A stretch of DNA of 64,000 nucleotides from Eledone cirrhosa (lineage: Eukaryota): NCBI GenBank assembly GCA_964016885.1, contig OZ024741.1, positions 308,946,001 to 309,010,000 of the forward strand, read 5' to 3'. Shown here one piece after another: positions 28,001-40,650 of the stretch. The notes under the pieces are model-generated. The model saw only the letters and a program-made list of their open reading frames with translations. It had not been told where the DNA came from and ran no database searches. Every line of letters starts with the position of its first letter. The stretch's first letter is position 1. The translations under genes were made by a program, and so were the position numbers.

Positions 28001-31000
28001 TGCTGACGTTGATGGTGGTGATGGTGGTAATGGTATTGGTGTTGTTGCTGACGTTGGTGGTGGCAATGGTGGTAATGGTATTGGTGTTGTCGCTGATGTT
28101 GATGGTGGTGATGGTGGTAATGGTGTTTGTGTTGTTGTTGACGTTGATGGTGGTGATGGTGGTGGTAATGGTATCGGTGATGTTGTTGACGTTGATGGTG
28201 GTGATGGTGGTAATGGTATTGGTGTTGTCGCTGATGTTGATGATGGTGATGGTGGTAATGGTATTGGTGTTGTTGTTGATGTTGATGGTCGTGATGGTGG
28301 TAATGGTGTTGGTGTTGTTGCTGACGTTGATGATGGTGATGGTGGTAATGGTATTGGAGTTGTTGTTGATGTTGATGGTGGTGATGGTGGTAATGGTATT
28401 GGTGTTGTTGCTGACGTTGATGGTGGTGATGGTGGTAATGGTATTGGTGTTGTTGCTGATGTTGGTGGTGGTGATGGTCGTAATGGTATTGTTGTTGTTG
28501 TTGACGTTGATGGTGGTGATGGTGGTAATGGTATTTGTGTTGGTGTTGACGTTGATGGTGGTGATGGTGGTAATGGTATTGGTGTTGTCGCTGACGTTGA
28601 TGGTGGTGATGGTGGTAATGGTATTGGTGTTGTTATTGACGTTGATGGTGGTGATGGTGGTCATGGTATTGGTGTTGTTGCTGATGTTGGTGGTGGTGAT
28701 GGTGGTAATGGTATTGGTGTTGTTGCTGACGTTGATGGTGGCGATGTTGGTAATGCTATTGGTGTTGTCGCTGACGTTGATGGTGGTGATGGTCGTAATG
28801 GTATTGGTGTTGTTGTTGACATTGGTGGTGGTGGTGGTGGTAATGGTGTTGGTGTTGTTGCTGATGTTGATGGTGGTGATGGTGTTAATGGTATTGGTGT
28901 TGGTGTTGACGTTGATGGTGGTGATGGTGGTAATGGTATTGGTGTTGTCGCTGATGTTGATGGTGGTGATGGTGGTAATAGTATTGGTGTTGTTGCTGAC
29001 GTTGATGGTGGTGATGGTGGTAATGGTATTGGTGTTGTCGCTGACGTTGATGGTGGTGATGGTCGTAATGGTATTGGTGTTGTCGCTGATGTTGATGGTG
29101 GTGATGGTGGTAATGGTATTGGTGTTGTTGTTGACGTTGGTGGTGGTGGTGGTGGTAATGGTATTGGTGTTGTTGCTGACGTTGATGGTGGTGATGGTGG
29201 TAATGGTATTGGTGTTGTTGTTGACGTTGATGGTGGTGATGGTGGTAATGGTGTTGGTGTTGTTGCTGATGTTGATGCTGGTGATGGTGGTAATGGTATT
29301 GGTGTTGTTGCTGACGTTGATGGTGGTGATGGTGGTAATGGTATTGGTGTTGTTGTTGACGTTGGTGGTGGTGATGGTGGTAATGGTATTGGTGTTGTTG
29401 TTGACGTTGATGGTGGTGATGGTGGTAATGGTATTGGTGTTGTCGCTGATGTTGATGGTGGTGATGGTGGTAATGGTATTGGTGTTGTCGCTGATGTTGA
29501 TGGTGGTGATGGTGGTAATGGTATTGCTGTTGTCGCTGATGTTGGTGGTGGTGATGGTGGTAATGGTATTGGTGTTGTTGCTGACGTTGATGGTGGTGAT
29601 GGTGGTAATGGTATTGGTGTTGTCGCTGATGTTGATGGTGGTGATGGTGGTAATGGTATTGGTGTTGTTGCTGACGTTGATGGTGGTGATGGTGGTAATG
29701 GTATTGGTGTTGTTGTTGACGTTGATGGTGGTGATGGTGGTAATGGTATTGGTGTTGTCGCTGATGTTGATGGTGGTGATGGTGGTAATGGTATTGGTGT
29801 TGTTGTTGACGTTGGTGGTGGTGGTGGTGGTAATGGTATTGGTGTTGTTGCTGACGTTGATGGTGGTGATGGTGGTAATGGTATTGGTGTTGTTGTTGAC
29901 GTTGATGGTGGTGATGGTGGTAATGGTGTTGGTGTTGTTGCTGATGTTGATGCTGGTGATGGTGGTAATGGTATTGGTGTTGTTGCTGACGTTGATGGTG
30001 GTGATGGTGGTAATGGTATTGGTGTTGTTGCTGACGTTGATGGTGGTGATGGTGGTAATGGTATTGCTGTTGTCGCTGATGTTGATGGTGGTGATGGTGG
30101 TAATGGTATTGCTGTTGTCGCTGATGTTGATGGTGGTGATGGTGGTAATGGTATTGGTGTTGTTGTTGACGTTGGTGGTGGTGATGGTGGTAATGGTATT
30201 GGTGTTGTCGCTGATGTTGATGGTGGTGATGGTGGTAATGGTATTGCTGTTGTCGCTGATGTTGATGGTGGTGATGGTGGTAATGGTATTGGTGTTGTTG
30301 CTGACGTTGGTGGTGGTGATGGTGCTAATGGTATTGCTGGTGTCGCTGACGTTGGTGGTGGTGATGGTGGTAATGGTATTGGTGTTGTTGTTGACGTTGA
30401 TGGTGGTGATGGTGGTAATGGTATTGGTGTTGTGGTTGACGTTGATGGTGGTGATGGTGGTAATGGTATTGGTGTTGTCGCTGATGTTGATGGTGGTGAT
30501 GGTGGTAATGGTATTGGTGTTGTTGCTGACGTTGATGGTGGTGGTGTTGCTGGTAATGGTTTTGGTGTTGTTGTTGACGTTGATGGTGGTAATGGTATTG
30601 GTGTTGTTGCTGATGTTGATGGTGGTGATGGTGTTAATGGTATTGGTGTTGTCGCTGATGTTGATGGTGGTGGTGATGGTGGTAATGGTATTGGTGTTGT
30701 CGCTGATGTTGATGGTGGTGGTGATGGTGGTAATGGTATTGGTGTTGTTGCTGATGTTGATGGTGGTGATGGTGGTAATGGTATTGGTGTTGTTGTTGAC
30801 GTTGATGGTGGTGATGGTGGAAATGGTATTGGTGTTGTTGCTGATGTTGATGGTGGTGATGGTGTTAATGGTATTGGTGTTGTCGCTGATGTTGATGGTG
30901 GTGGTGATGGTGGTAATGGTATTGGTGTTGTCGCTGATGTTGATGGTGGTGGTGATGGTGGTAATGGTATTGGTGTTGTCGCTGATGTTGATGGTGGTGG

Positions 31001-34000
31001 TGATGGTGGTAATGGTATTGGTGTTGTCGCTGATGTTGATGGTGGTGGTGATGGTGGTAATGGTATTGGTGTTGTTGCTGATGTTGATGGTGGTGATGGT
31101 GGTAATGGCATTGGTGTTGTTGTTGACGTTGATGGTGGTGATGGTGGAAATGGTATTGGTGTTGTCGCTGATGTTGATGGTAGTGGTGATGGTGGTAATG
31201 GTATTGGTGTTGTCGCTGACGTTGATGGTGGTGATGGTGGTAATGGTATTGGTGTTGTTGCTGACGTTGGTGGTGGTGATGGTGGTAATGGTATTGGTGT
31301 TGTCGCTGATGTTGATGGTGGTGGTGGTGATGGTGGTAATGGTATTGGTATTGTTGCTGATGTTGGTGGAGGTGATGGTGGTAATGGTATTGGTGTTGTT
31401 GCTGACGTTGATGGTGGCGATGTTGGTAATGCTATTGGTGTTGTTGTTGATGTTGATGGTGGTGATGGTCGTAATGGTATTGGTGTTGTTGTTGACATTG
31501 GTGGTGGTGGTGGTGGTAATGGTGTTGGTGTTGTTGCTGATGTTGATGGTGGTGATGGTGTTAATGTTATTGGTGTTGGTGTTGACGTTGATGGTGGTGA
31601 TGGTGGTAATGGTATTGGTGTTGTCGCTGATGTTGATGGTGGTGATGGTGGTAATAGTATTGGTGTTGTTGCTGATGTTGATGGTGGTGATGGTGGTAAT
31701 GGTATTGGTGTTGTGCTGATATTGATGGTGGTGATGGTGGTAATGGTATTGGTGTTGTTGTTGACGTTGATGCTGGTGATGGTGGTAATGGTATCGGTGT
31801 TGTTGCTGATGTTGGTGGTGGTAATGGTGGTAATGGTATTGCTGTTGTTGCTGACGTTGGTGGTGGTGATGGTGGTAATGGTATTGGTGTTGTTGTTGAC
31901 GTTAATGGTGGTGATGGTGGTAATGGTATTGGTGTTGTTGCTGACGTTGGTGGTGGTGATGGTGGTAATGGTATTGCTGGTGTCGCTGACGTTGGTGGTG
32001 GTGATGGTGGTAATGGTATTGGTGTTGTTGTTGACGTTGGTGGTGGTGATGGTGGTAATGGTATTGGTGTTGTTGCTGACGTTGGTGGTGGTGATGGTGC
32101 TATTGGTATTGCTGGTGTCGCTGACGTTGGTGGTGGTGATGGTGGTAATGGTATTGGTGTTGTTGTTGACGTTGGTGGTGGTGATGGTGGTAATGGTATT
32201 GGTGTTGTTGTTGACGTTGATGGTGGTGATGGTGGTAATGGTATTGGTGTTGTTGTTGACGTTGATGGTGGTCATGGTGGTAATGGTATTGGTGTTGTTG
32301 CTGATGTTGATGGTGGTGATGGTGTTAATGGTATTGGTGTTGTCGCTGATGTTGATGGTGGTGGTGATGGTGGTAATGGTATTGGTGTTGTCGCTGACGT
32401 TGATGGTGGTGGTGATGGTGGTAATGGTATTGGTGTTGTTGTTGACGTTGATGGTGGTGATGGTGGAAATGGTATTGGTGTTGTCGCTGATGTTGATGGT
32501 GGTGGTGATGGTGGTAATGGTATTGGTGTTGTCGCTGACGTTGATGGTGGTGATGGTGGTAATGGTATTGGTGTTGTTGTTGACGTTGATGGTGGTGATG
32601 GTGGTAATGGTATTGGTGTTGTTGCTGATGTTGATGGTGGTGATGGTGGTAATAGTATTGGTGTTGTTGCTGACGTTGATGGTGGTGGTGATGGTGGTAA
32701 TGGTATTGGTGTTGTTGCTGACGTTGGTGGTGGTAATGGTGGTAATGGTATTGCTGTTGTTGCTGATGTTGATGGTGGTGGTGGTGGTAATGGTATTGGT
32801 GTTGTTGCTGATGTTGGTGGTGGTAATGGTGGTAATGGTATTGCTGTTGTTGCTGACGTTGGTGGTGGTGATGGTGGTAATGGTATTGGTGTTGTCGCTG
32901 ATGTTGATGGTGGTGGTGATGGTGGTAATGGTATTGGTGTTGTTGCTGATGTTGATGGTGGTGATGGTGGTAATGGTATTGCTGTTGTTGCTGATGTTGA
33001 TGGTGGTGATTGTGGTAATGGTATTGGTGTTGTTGTTGACGTTGATGGTGGTGATGGTGGTAATGGTATTGGTGTTGTCGCTGACGTTGATGGTGGTGAT
33101 GGTGGTAATGGTATTGGTGTTGTCGCTGACGTTGATGGTGGAAATGGTATTGGTGTTGTTGTTGACGTTGATGGTGGTGATGGTGGTAATGGTATTGGTG
33201 TTGTTGTTGACGTTGATGGTGGTGATGGTGGTAATGGTATTGGTGTTGTTGTTGACGTTGATGGTGGTGATGGTGGAAATGGTATTGGTGTTGTTGTTGA
33301 CGTTGATGGTGGTGATGGTGGTAATGGTATTGGTGTTGTCGCTGACGTTGATGGTGGTGATGGTGGAAATGGTATTGGTGTTGTCGCTGACGTTGATGGT
33401 GGTGATGGTGGTAATGGTATTGGTGTTGTTGTTGATGTTGATGGTGGTGATGGTCGTAATGGTATTGCTGTTGTTGCTGACGTTGATGGTGGTGATGGTG
33501 GAAATGGTATTGGTGTTGTTGCTGACGTTGATGGTGGTGATGGGGGTAATGGAATTGGTGTTGTTGCTGATGTTGATGGTGGTGGTGATGGTGGTAATGG
33601 TATTGGTGTTGTCGCTGATGTTGATGGTGGTGATGGTGGTAATGGTGTTTGTGTTGTTGTTGACGTTGATGGTGGTGATGGTGGTAATGGTATTGGTGTT
33701 GTTGCTGATGTTGATGATGGTGATGGTGGTAATGGTATTGGTGTTGTTGTTGATGTTGATGGTCGTGATGGTGGTAATGGTGTTGGTGTTGTTGCTGACG
33801 TTGATGATGGTGATGGTGGTAATGGTATTGCTGTTGTCGCTGATGTTGGTGGTGGTGATGGTGGTAATGGTATTGGTGTTGTTGCTGACGTTGATGGTGG
33901 TGATGGTGGTAATGGTATTGGTGTTGTTGTTGACGTTGGTGGTGGTGATGGTGGTAATGGTATTGGTGTTGTTGCTGACGTTGATGGTGGTGATGGTGGT

Positions 34001-37000
34001 AATGGTGTTGGTGTTGTTGCTGACGTTGGTGGTGGTGATGGTGCTATTGGTATTGCTGGTGTCGCTGACGTTGGTGGTGGTGATGGTGGTAATGGTATTG
34101 GTGTTGTTGTTGACGTTGATGGTGGTCATGGTGGTAATGGTATTGGTGTTGTTGCTGATGTTGATGGTGGTGATGGTGTTAATGGTATTGGTGTTGTTGC
34201 TGACGTTGGTGGTGGTGGTGATGGTGGTAATGGTATTGGTGTTGTTGCTGATGTTGATGGTGGTGGTGATGGTGGTAATGGTATTGGTGTTGTTGTTGAC
34301 GTTGATGGTGGTGATGGTGGTAATGGTATTGGTGTTGTTGCTGATGTTGATGGTGGTGATGGTGGTAATAGTATTGGTGTTGTTGCTGATGTTGATGGTG
34401 GTGATGGTGGTAATAGTATTGGTGTTGTTGCTGATGTTGATGGTGGTGATGGTGGTAATGGTATTGGTGTTGTTGCTGATGTTGATGGTGGTGGTGATGG
34501 TGGTAATGGTATTGGTGTTGTTGTTGACGTTGATGGTGGTGATGGTGGTAATAGTATTGGTGTTGTTGCTGATGTTGATGGTGGTGATGGTGGTAATAGT
34601 ATTGGTGTTGTTGCTGATGTTGATGGTGGTGATGGTGGTAATGGTATTGGTGTTGTTGCTGATGTTGATGGTGGTGATGGTGGTAATAGTATTGGTGTTG
34701 TTGCTGACGTTGATGGTGGTGGTGATGGTGGTAATGGTATTGGTGTTGTTGCTGATGTTGATGGTGGTAATGGTGGTAATGGTATTGGTGTTGTTGTTGA
34801 CGTTGGTGGTGGTGATGGTGGTAATGGTATTGGTGTTGTTGCTGATGTTGGTGGTGGTAATGGTGGTAATGGTATTGCTGTTGTTGCTGACGTTGGTGGT
34901 GGTGATGGTGGTAATGGTATTGGTGTTGTCGCTGATGTTGATGGTGGTGATGGTGGTAATGGTATTGCTGTTGTTGCTGATGTTGATGGTGGTGATTGTG
35001 GTAATGGTATTGGTGTTGTTGTTGACGTTGGTGGTGGTGATGGTGGTAATGGTATTGGTGTTGTCGCTGACGTTGATGGTGGTGATGGTGGTAATGGTAT
35101 TGGTGTTGTCGCTGACGTTGATGGTGGAAATGGTATTGGTGTTGTTGCTGATGTTGATGGTGGTGATGGTGGTAATGGTGTTTGTGTTGTTGTTGACGTT
35201 GATGGTGGTGATGGTGGTAATGGTATTGGTGTTGTTGTTGATGTTGATGGTGGTGATGGTGGTAATGGTGTTGGTGTTGTTGCTGACGTTGATGGTGGTG
35301 ATGGTGGTAATGGTGTTGGTGTTGTTGCTGACGTTGATGGTGGTGATGGTGGTCATGGTATTGGTGTTGTTGCTGATGTTGGTGGTGGTGATGGTGGTAA
35401 TGGTGTTGGTGTTGTTGCTGACGTTGATGGTGGTGATGGTGGTCATGGTATTGGTGTTGTTGTTGATGTTGATGGTGGTGGTGATGGTGGTAATGGTATT
35501 GGTGTTGTTGTTGACGTTGATGGTGGTGATGGTGGTAATGGTGTTGGTGTTGTTGCTGACGTTGATGGTGGTGATGGTGGTCATGGTATTGGTGTTGTTG
35601 TTGATGTTGATGGTGGTAATGGTGGTAATGGTATTGTTGTTGTTGTTGACGTTGATGGTGGTGATGGTGGTAATGGTATTTGTGTTGGTGTTGACGTTGA
35701 TGGTGGTAATGGTGGTAATTGTATTGCTGTTGTTGCTGATGTTGATGGTGGTGATGGTGGTAATGGTATTGGTGTTGTCGCTGACGTTGATGGTGGTGAT
35801 GGTGGTAATGGTATTGGTGTTGTTGCTGACGTTGATGGTGGCGATGTTGGTAATGGTATTGGTGTTGTCGCTGACGTTGATGGTGGTGATGGTGGTAATG
35901 GTATTGGTGTTGTTGCTGATGTTGATGGTGGTGGTGATGGTGGTAATGGTATTGGTGTTGTTGCTGATGTTGATGGTGGTGGTGATGGTGGTAATGGTAT
36001 TGGTGTTGTCGCTGACGTTGATGGTGGTGATGGTGGTAATGGTATTGGTGTTGTTGCTGACGTTGATGGTGGCGATGTTGGTAATGCTATTGGTGTTGTC
36101 GCTGACGTTGATGGTGGTGATGGTGGTAATGGTATTGGTGTTGTTGCTGATGTTGATGGTGGTGATGGTGGTAATGGTATTGGTGTTGTTGCTGACGTTG
36201 GTGGTGGTGATGGTGGTAATGGTATTGGTGTTGTTGCTGATGTTGATGGTGGTGGTGATGGTGGTAATGGTATTGGTGTTGTTGCTGATGTTGATGGTGG
36301 TGGTGATGGTGGTAATGGTATTGGTGTTGTTGTTGACGTTGGTGGTGGTGATGGTGGTAATGGTATTGCTGGTGTCGCTGACGTTGATGGTGGTGATGGT
36401 GGTAATGGTATTGGTGTTGTCGCTGACGTTGGTGGTGGTGATGGTGGTAATGGTATTGGTGTTGTTGCTGACGTTGGTGGTGGTGATGGTGGTAATGGTA
36501 TTGGTGTTGTTGCTGACGTTGGTGGTGGTGATGGTGGTAATGGTATTGGTGTTGTTGCTGATGTTGATGGTGGTGGTGATGGTGGTAATGGTATTGGTGT
36601 TGTTGCTGACGTTGGTGGTGGTAATGGTGGTAATGGTATTGGTGTTGTCGCTGATGTTGGTGGTGGTGATGGTGGTAATGGTATTGGTGTTGTTGTTGAC
36701 GTTGATGGTGGTGATGGTGGTAATGGTATTGGTGTTGTTGTTGACGTTGATGGTGGTAATGGTGGTAATTGTATTGCTGTTGTTGCTGATGTTGATGGTG
36801 GTGATGGTGGTAATGGTGTTGGTATTGTTGCTGACGTTGATGGTGGTGATGGTGGTAATGGTATTGGTGTTGTAGTTGACGTTGGTGGTGGTGATGGTGG
36901 TAATGGTGTTGGTGTTGTTGCTGATGTTGATGGTGGTGATGGTGGTAATGGTGTTGGTGTTGTTGTTGATGTTGATGGTGGTTATGGTCGTAATGGTATT

Positions 37001-37070
37001 GGTGTTGTTGCTGATGTTGATGATGGTGATGGTGGTAATGGTGTTGGTGTTGTTGTTGACGTTGATGGTG
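25050..37070. repeat. 45-bp tandem array GGTATTGGTGTTGTYGCTGAYGTTGATGGTGGTGATGGTGGTAAT, ~265 copies
   Basis: Directly visible. Reads GIGVVADVDGGDGGN on +, or ITTITTINVSNNTNT on -. Confidence 0.97.
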
Positions 37071-37929
37071 GTGATATTGATGCTGTTGGAGTTGATGGTG
37101 ACTATGTTGTTGGTGTTGATGATGTTGTTGTTGGAGGTGATGCTGTTAGTATTATACTTATTAGGGTTGGTGTTGTTATTGCTGTTGTTGTTTTTGATGG
37201 TGGTGTTGTGGTTGGTGTTGTGGTTGGTGTTGTGGTTGGTGTTGGTGTTGTTGATGTTGTCGGTGGTGATGTTATTGATGTTGTCGTCCTTGTTGGTGGT
37301 GGGGGTTTGGGTGGTGTTGATGTTAATTTTGTTTTTGATGGTGGTGTTGTGGTTGGTGTTGGTGTTGATGATATTGTTGTCGGTTTTATTCATGTTGTTA
37401 TTATTGTTGAACCCGGGTTTTTATGATTGCGAATTTGGTTTCTTAAGTAAGATGTAGTTGTATTTATAGTACAAGGGTGTAGTGTGATAGTATGGGAGTG
37501 TAATAGTATTGTCCTGTTATCGTGTGTGAGTTTGGTGGGGTATGAGATAAGATACTTTTGATTATAATAACGTTGACGTAGAGAAATCAGTAAGATCACT
37601 TGATGGTTGAATTGTAGTGAGGATATTACAAATGTGAATGCTCAGCTAACGGATGTGATTTCAATTTCGGTCGGCGCGATTTTTCATTGAACAAAATATT
37701 TTATTTCACGTTTCTTCTGCCTGGAAAAAAAAGAGAGCTGTACATGTAATTCAATTGTCAGCCTTGTTACTCACTGTATTACGTTGAATATCCACGAGAG
37801 TTTCATAAGTAAGCTGCTCCGCCTATCCAACATACGAAACACTCCTAGCTGGAAGCGACGGAGGTTCAAGGATATATTAGTAGTACTGGTGTTAGTCTTA
37901 TTGTCGTAAGACACATGCACAATAGTAAG

Positions 37930-38153
37930 ATAAGCGGATTGAGATCAGCGAGCGAGACCAATGCGTCATTTGCAGCATTATGGATTGCCTCCAGGCCGCC
38001 GGGAAAACGTTGGAGGGGACAATCGCGAACAACATGCATTACTGTCTGGCGAGAGTACCCACAGTCATATGCTAGGCTGTCTTTTAATTTCTATCGATGT
38101 AGATGATGAGTTGTCCTGGCATGTGTTGTGCCGATCCGATTAAGGGACACCCA
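37930..38153 (-). pseudogene. Ingi/Vingi-like (I-group) LINE 3' fragment
   Basis: Minus strand: WVSLNRIGTTHARTTHHLHR*KLKDSLAYDCGYSRQTVMHVVRDCPLQRFPGGLEAIHNAANDALVSLADLN. Matches the LNRxRT..CDCG..QT..H...CP C-terminal motif. Confidence 0.65.
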
Positions 38154-38707
38154 TTACTTTCTAGTGTTAGTGGTAGAGGTTATAGGAGAAATAGTAGTGT
38201 CAGTATGGTTAATTGTTGATGTAAGAACCAGGACAATACTGATCAAGTAAACCAATGATCGAAAGTGAATCAGTCGTGATAATTTAGCCTGTCCTTTAGA
38301 CATAAATTTTCGAGAGAAATTTGGATGTTGTTCCTAGCATGCCGAATGAACACGTTGAGGATCTTGTTGGTTAGTAGTGGTATGGCTAATTGTAGTGACA
38401 ACAACACTAGATAGATCCTGTGTTGGATAGATGTAGGCAAAGATTCGATTTCAATATTCGGAGTGAAAGTATTTGAACTTATTTACATTACTAACGACCA
38501 TGGTAAAAAGGGATGACATCAGTTCCACCCTACCTTATCTTTCACCTGCCTATCTATCTATCTATTTATCTATCTGTCTTTCTATCTGTCTATCTATTTG
38601 TCTGTCTGCCGACTCTGAAAGGATGAAAGTCATAATTGACTTCAGAAATTGAACTCAGAGCCCAGAGTTTCTGTCTCTCTTTCTCTTTCTCTGTTACACC
38701 CCCCCCC

Positions 38708-38756
<49 letters not shown>

Positions 38757-38764
38757 TATGAGAG

Positions 38765-39120
38765 AAATATGGGCAATTTAAGAATAAAGGAAGCCTTGCT
38801 TATACGCAGACTCAACTCACAAATCAATAACATAATGGAACTCTGCACACAATACTTGAGATAAAAGGACTCACCAACAGGCACACACACGCAATCTAAA
38901 CACAACAATTTACACAAGATATTTGATTCCATGAGATAATACATACAGCAATTGACGTCATCCTCCTGCTTCTCGCTATCACTACAGCAAACGTCAAACA
39001 TCGTTTGAAAGCAGTTTATAAATTTTGAATTTAAATCTAATTTCAAAGCGAATAGACCAGAACATTTTTTTCTCTGGCAAATCCCTATATTCTGACGAAG
39101 TCCCGAAATATTAGGATGAA
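38765..39120 (+). mobile_element. Penelope-like element 3' remnant
   Basis: GNLRIKEALLIRRLNSQINN resembles the GIY-YIG C-terminal 'IKEALxI..LxPxIN' motif. A degenerate CTGACGA...GAAA core follows at ~39092-39120. Confidence 0.55.
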
Positions 39121-39869
39121 AAAAGGAAAGAAACTAACAAACAAACAAACAAACTAAAAAAAAAAAGGTAACTAACTTTTTCGTTGCATTCATCTTATCG
39201 TCCATTTTGAATTGTTTTAGCCTTCTTACATAAATCACTTTCGACATTATATATTATATACAATGCTTCAAGCAAACTTCAATATTATATATATATATAT
39301 GTATATAAAATGTTGTAGTTTGCTTGAAGCATTGTATATGATATATATAGTTATATAGATATTCACACCAATACACAGACACACACACATACAAACACAC
39401 ATTCTCTCTCTCTCTCTCACACACACACACACCCACACACACACACAAACATTATATATATATATATACACATATATATATATATGTGGATATATATGAT
39501 TAACTACTTTAGTTTATTTACATAAATGTTAATCGCGTAAATGTAGCTAATCTAATTAAATTGTTATTAATATTAATAAAACAGAATACAAATAAAATTA
39601 TTTGATAGATTTATTGATAGATCAATTACTAAATCTTCTGTTCCTTCTCCAGAAATGCGTTGCTAGAAATCGATTTCCGATTAGAAATTCTCATTTATCT
39701 TTGTAAGAGAAAATCATTTCTTTTTGAGGATACAAAACTGTTTTGTGGTTTCGGTTGCGTTGCGTGATAAGCAACATTGTCTAAGAAGCTGTTTTCTATA
39801 CTATTGAAGTAAAAAAACTGTGCAATTGGAAAATTCTTATTGAATAAAATAATTAGAGATTCGGACTAT

Positions 39870-39908
<39 letters not shown>

Positions 39909-40008
39909 TTCTTCTTCTTCTTCTTCTTCTTCTTCTTCTTCTTCTTCTTCTTCTTCTTCTTCTTCTTCTTCTTCTTCTTCTTCTTCTTCTTCTTCTTCTT
40001 CTTCTTCT
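39870..40008. repeat. (TCG)n(TCT)n compound trinucleotide microsatellite
   Basis: Directly visible. Confidence 0.95.
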
Positions 40009-40483
40009 ACCACTTATTCAAGAGAGGGTCCTGGGGGTCATATCAGATTATGTTTTGTTTTTTATTTTTACTTCTAATCTATACGGTGCATCGAACCATG
40101 CCATATTACTCTTTCTCACTCAGTTATAAATGATCGTAAAACCGCGCTTTTTAATGGGAAGGTGTATAGTTTAAAATATGCCTGTCGGGAAATAGGTTGT
40201 ATAGTCTCGTACTTATTTCGTCTAGAAAATCTTATATAATGGCTGTTGCGGTAGTATATTTTTATATATGAATGGCTGTCCCCACATTTGTACCTGGAGT
40301 GTACTGCTGTGGTTAGGCATTGGATGGTATCTAGCAAATTAACAAGACTTATTGTAGAGGTGATAGTGACTTTCAGTTTATGCTCCTTAAATATACATGC
40401 TAGGAATTTTCTCTACTTATGCATGCTGTAGCCATCCATATGGGAGAAGTCCAGACACACATTTCTATATAATCATTTCTATT

Positions 40484-40650
40484 ATAGGCACAGGGCCAGC
40501 AATTTTGAGGGGGGGGGGTCGATTAAATCGACCCCTCTGTATTACTGGTGCTTTATTTGATCAAACCCATAAGGATGAAAGGCAAAGTTAACCTCGGCAG
40601 GATTTAAACTCAGAACGTAAATGGCCATAACTCTACACTGCAATATAGAA
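40484..40650 (-). mobile_element. tRNA-derived SINE copy
   Basis: aggatgaaaggcaaagttaacctcggcaggatttaaactcagaacgtaaa core is shared with the other copies. Confidence 0.7.

Larger units (their letters stand above)
8188..37426 (+). other. Candidate giant Gly-rich coding exon or pseudogene (unproven)
   Basis: The Gly frame opens right after a possible acceptor (catgtag|ATT at 8187/8188) and closes at TGA 37424-37426. It is interrupted by 8 one-base frameshifts and a TAA at 15996-15998. No start codon or signal peptide seen. Confidence 0.25.

Noticed and set aside
20285-31715. Pro/Ser/Thr extensin-like and His/Gln/Cys minus-strand ORFs
   Set aside because: Other phases of the same repeat. The Pro phase is repeatedly stopped (TAG) in the 18- and 27-bp blocks, and no unique domains or termini are present.
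8221-37070. CRISPR-like or telomeric array
   Set aside because: No unique spacers between repeats, no cas genes, and no TTAGGG motif.
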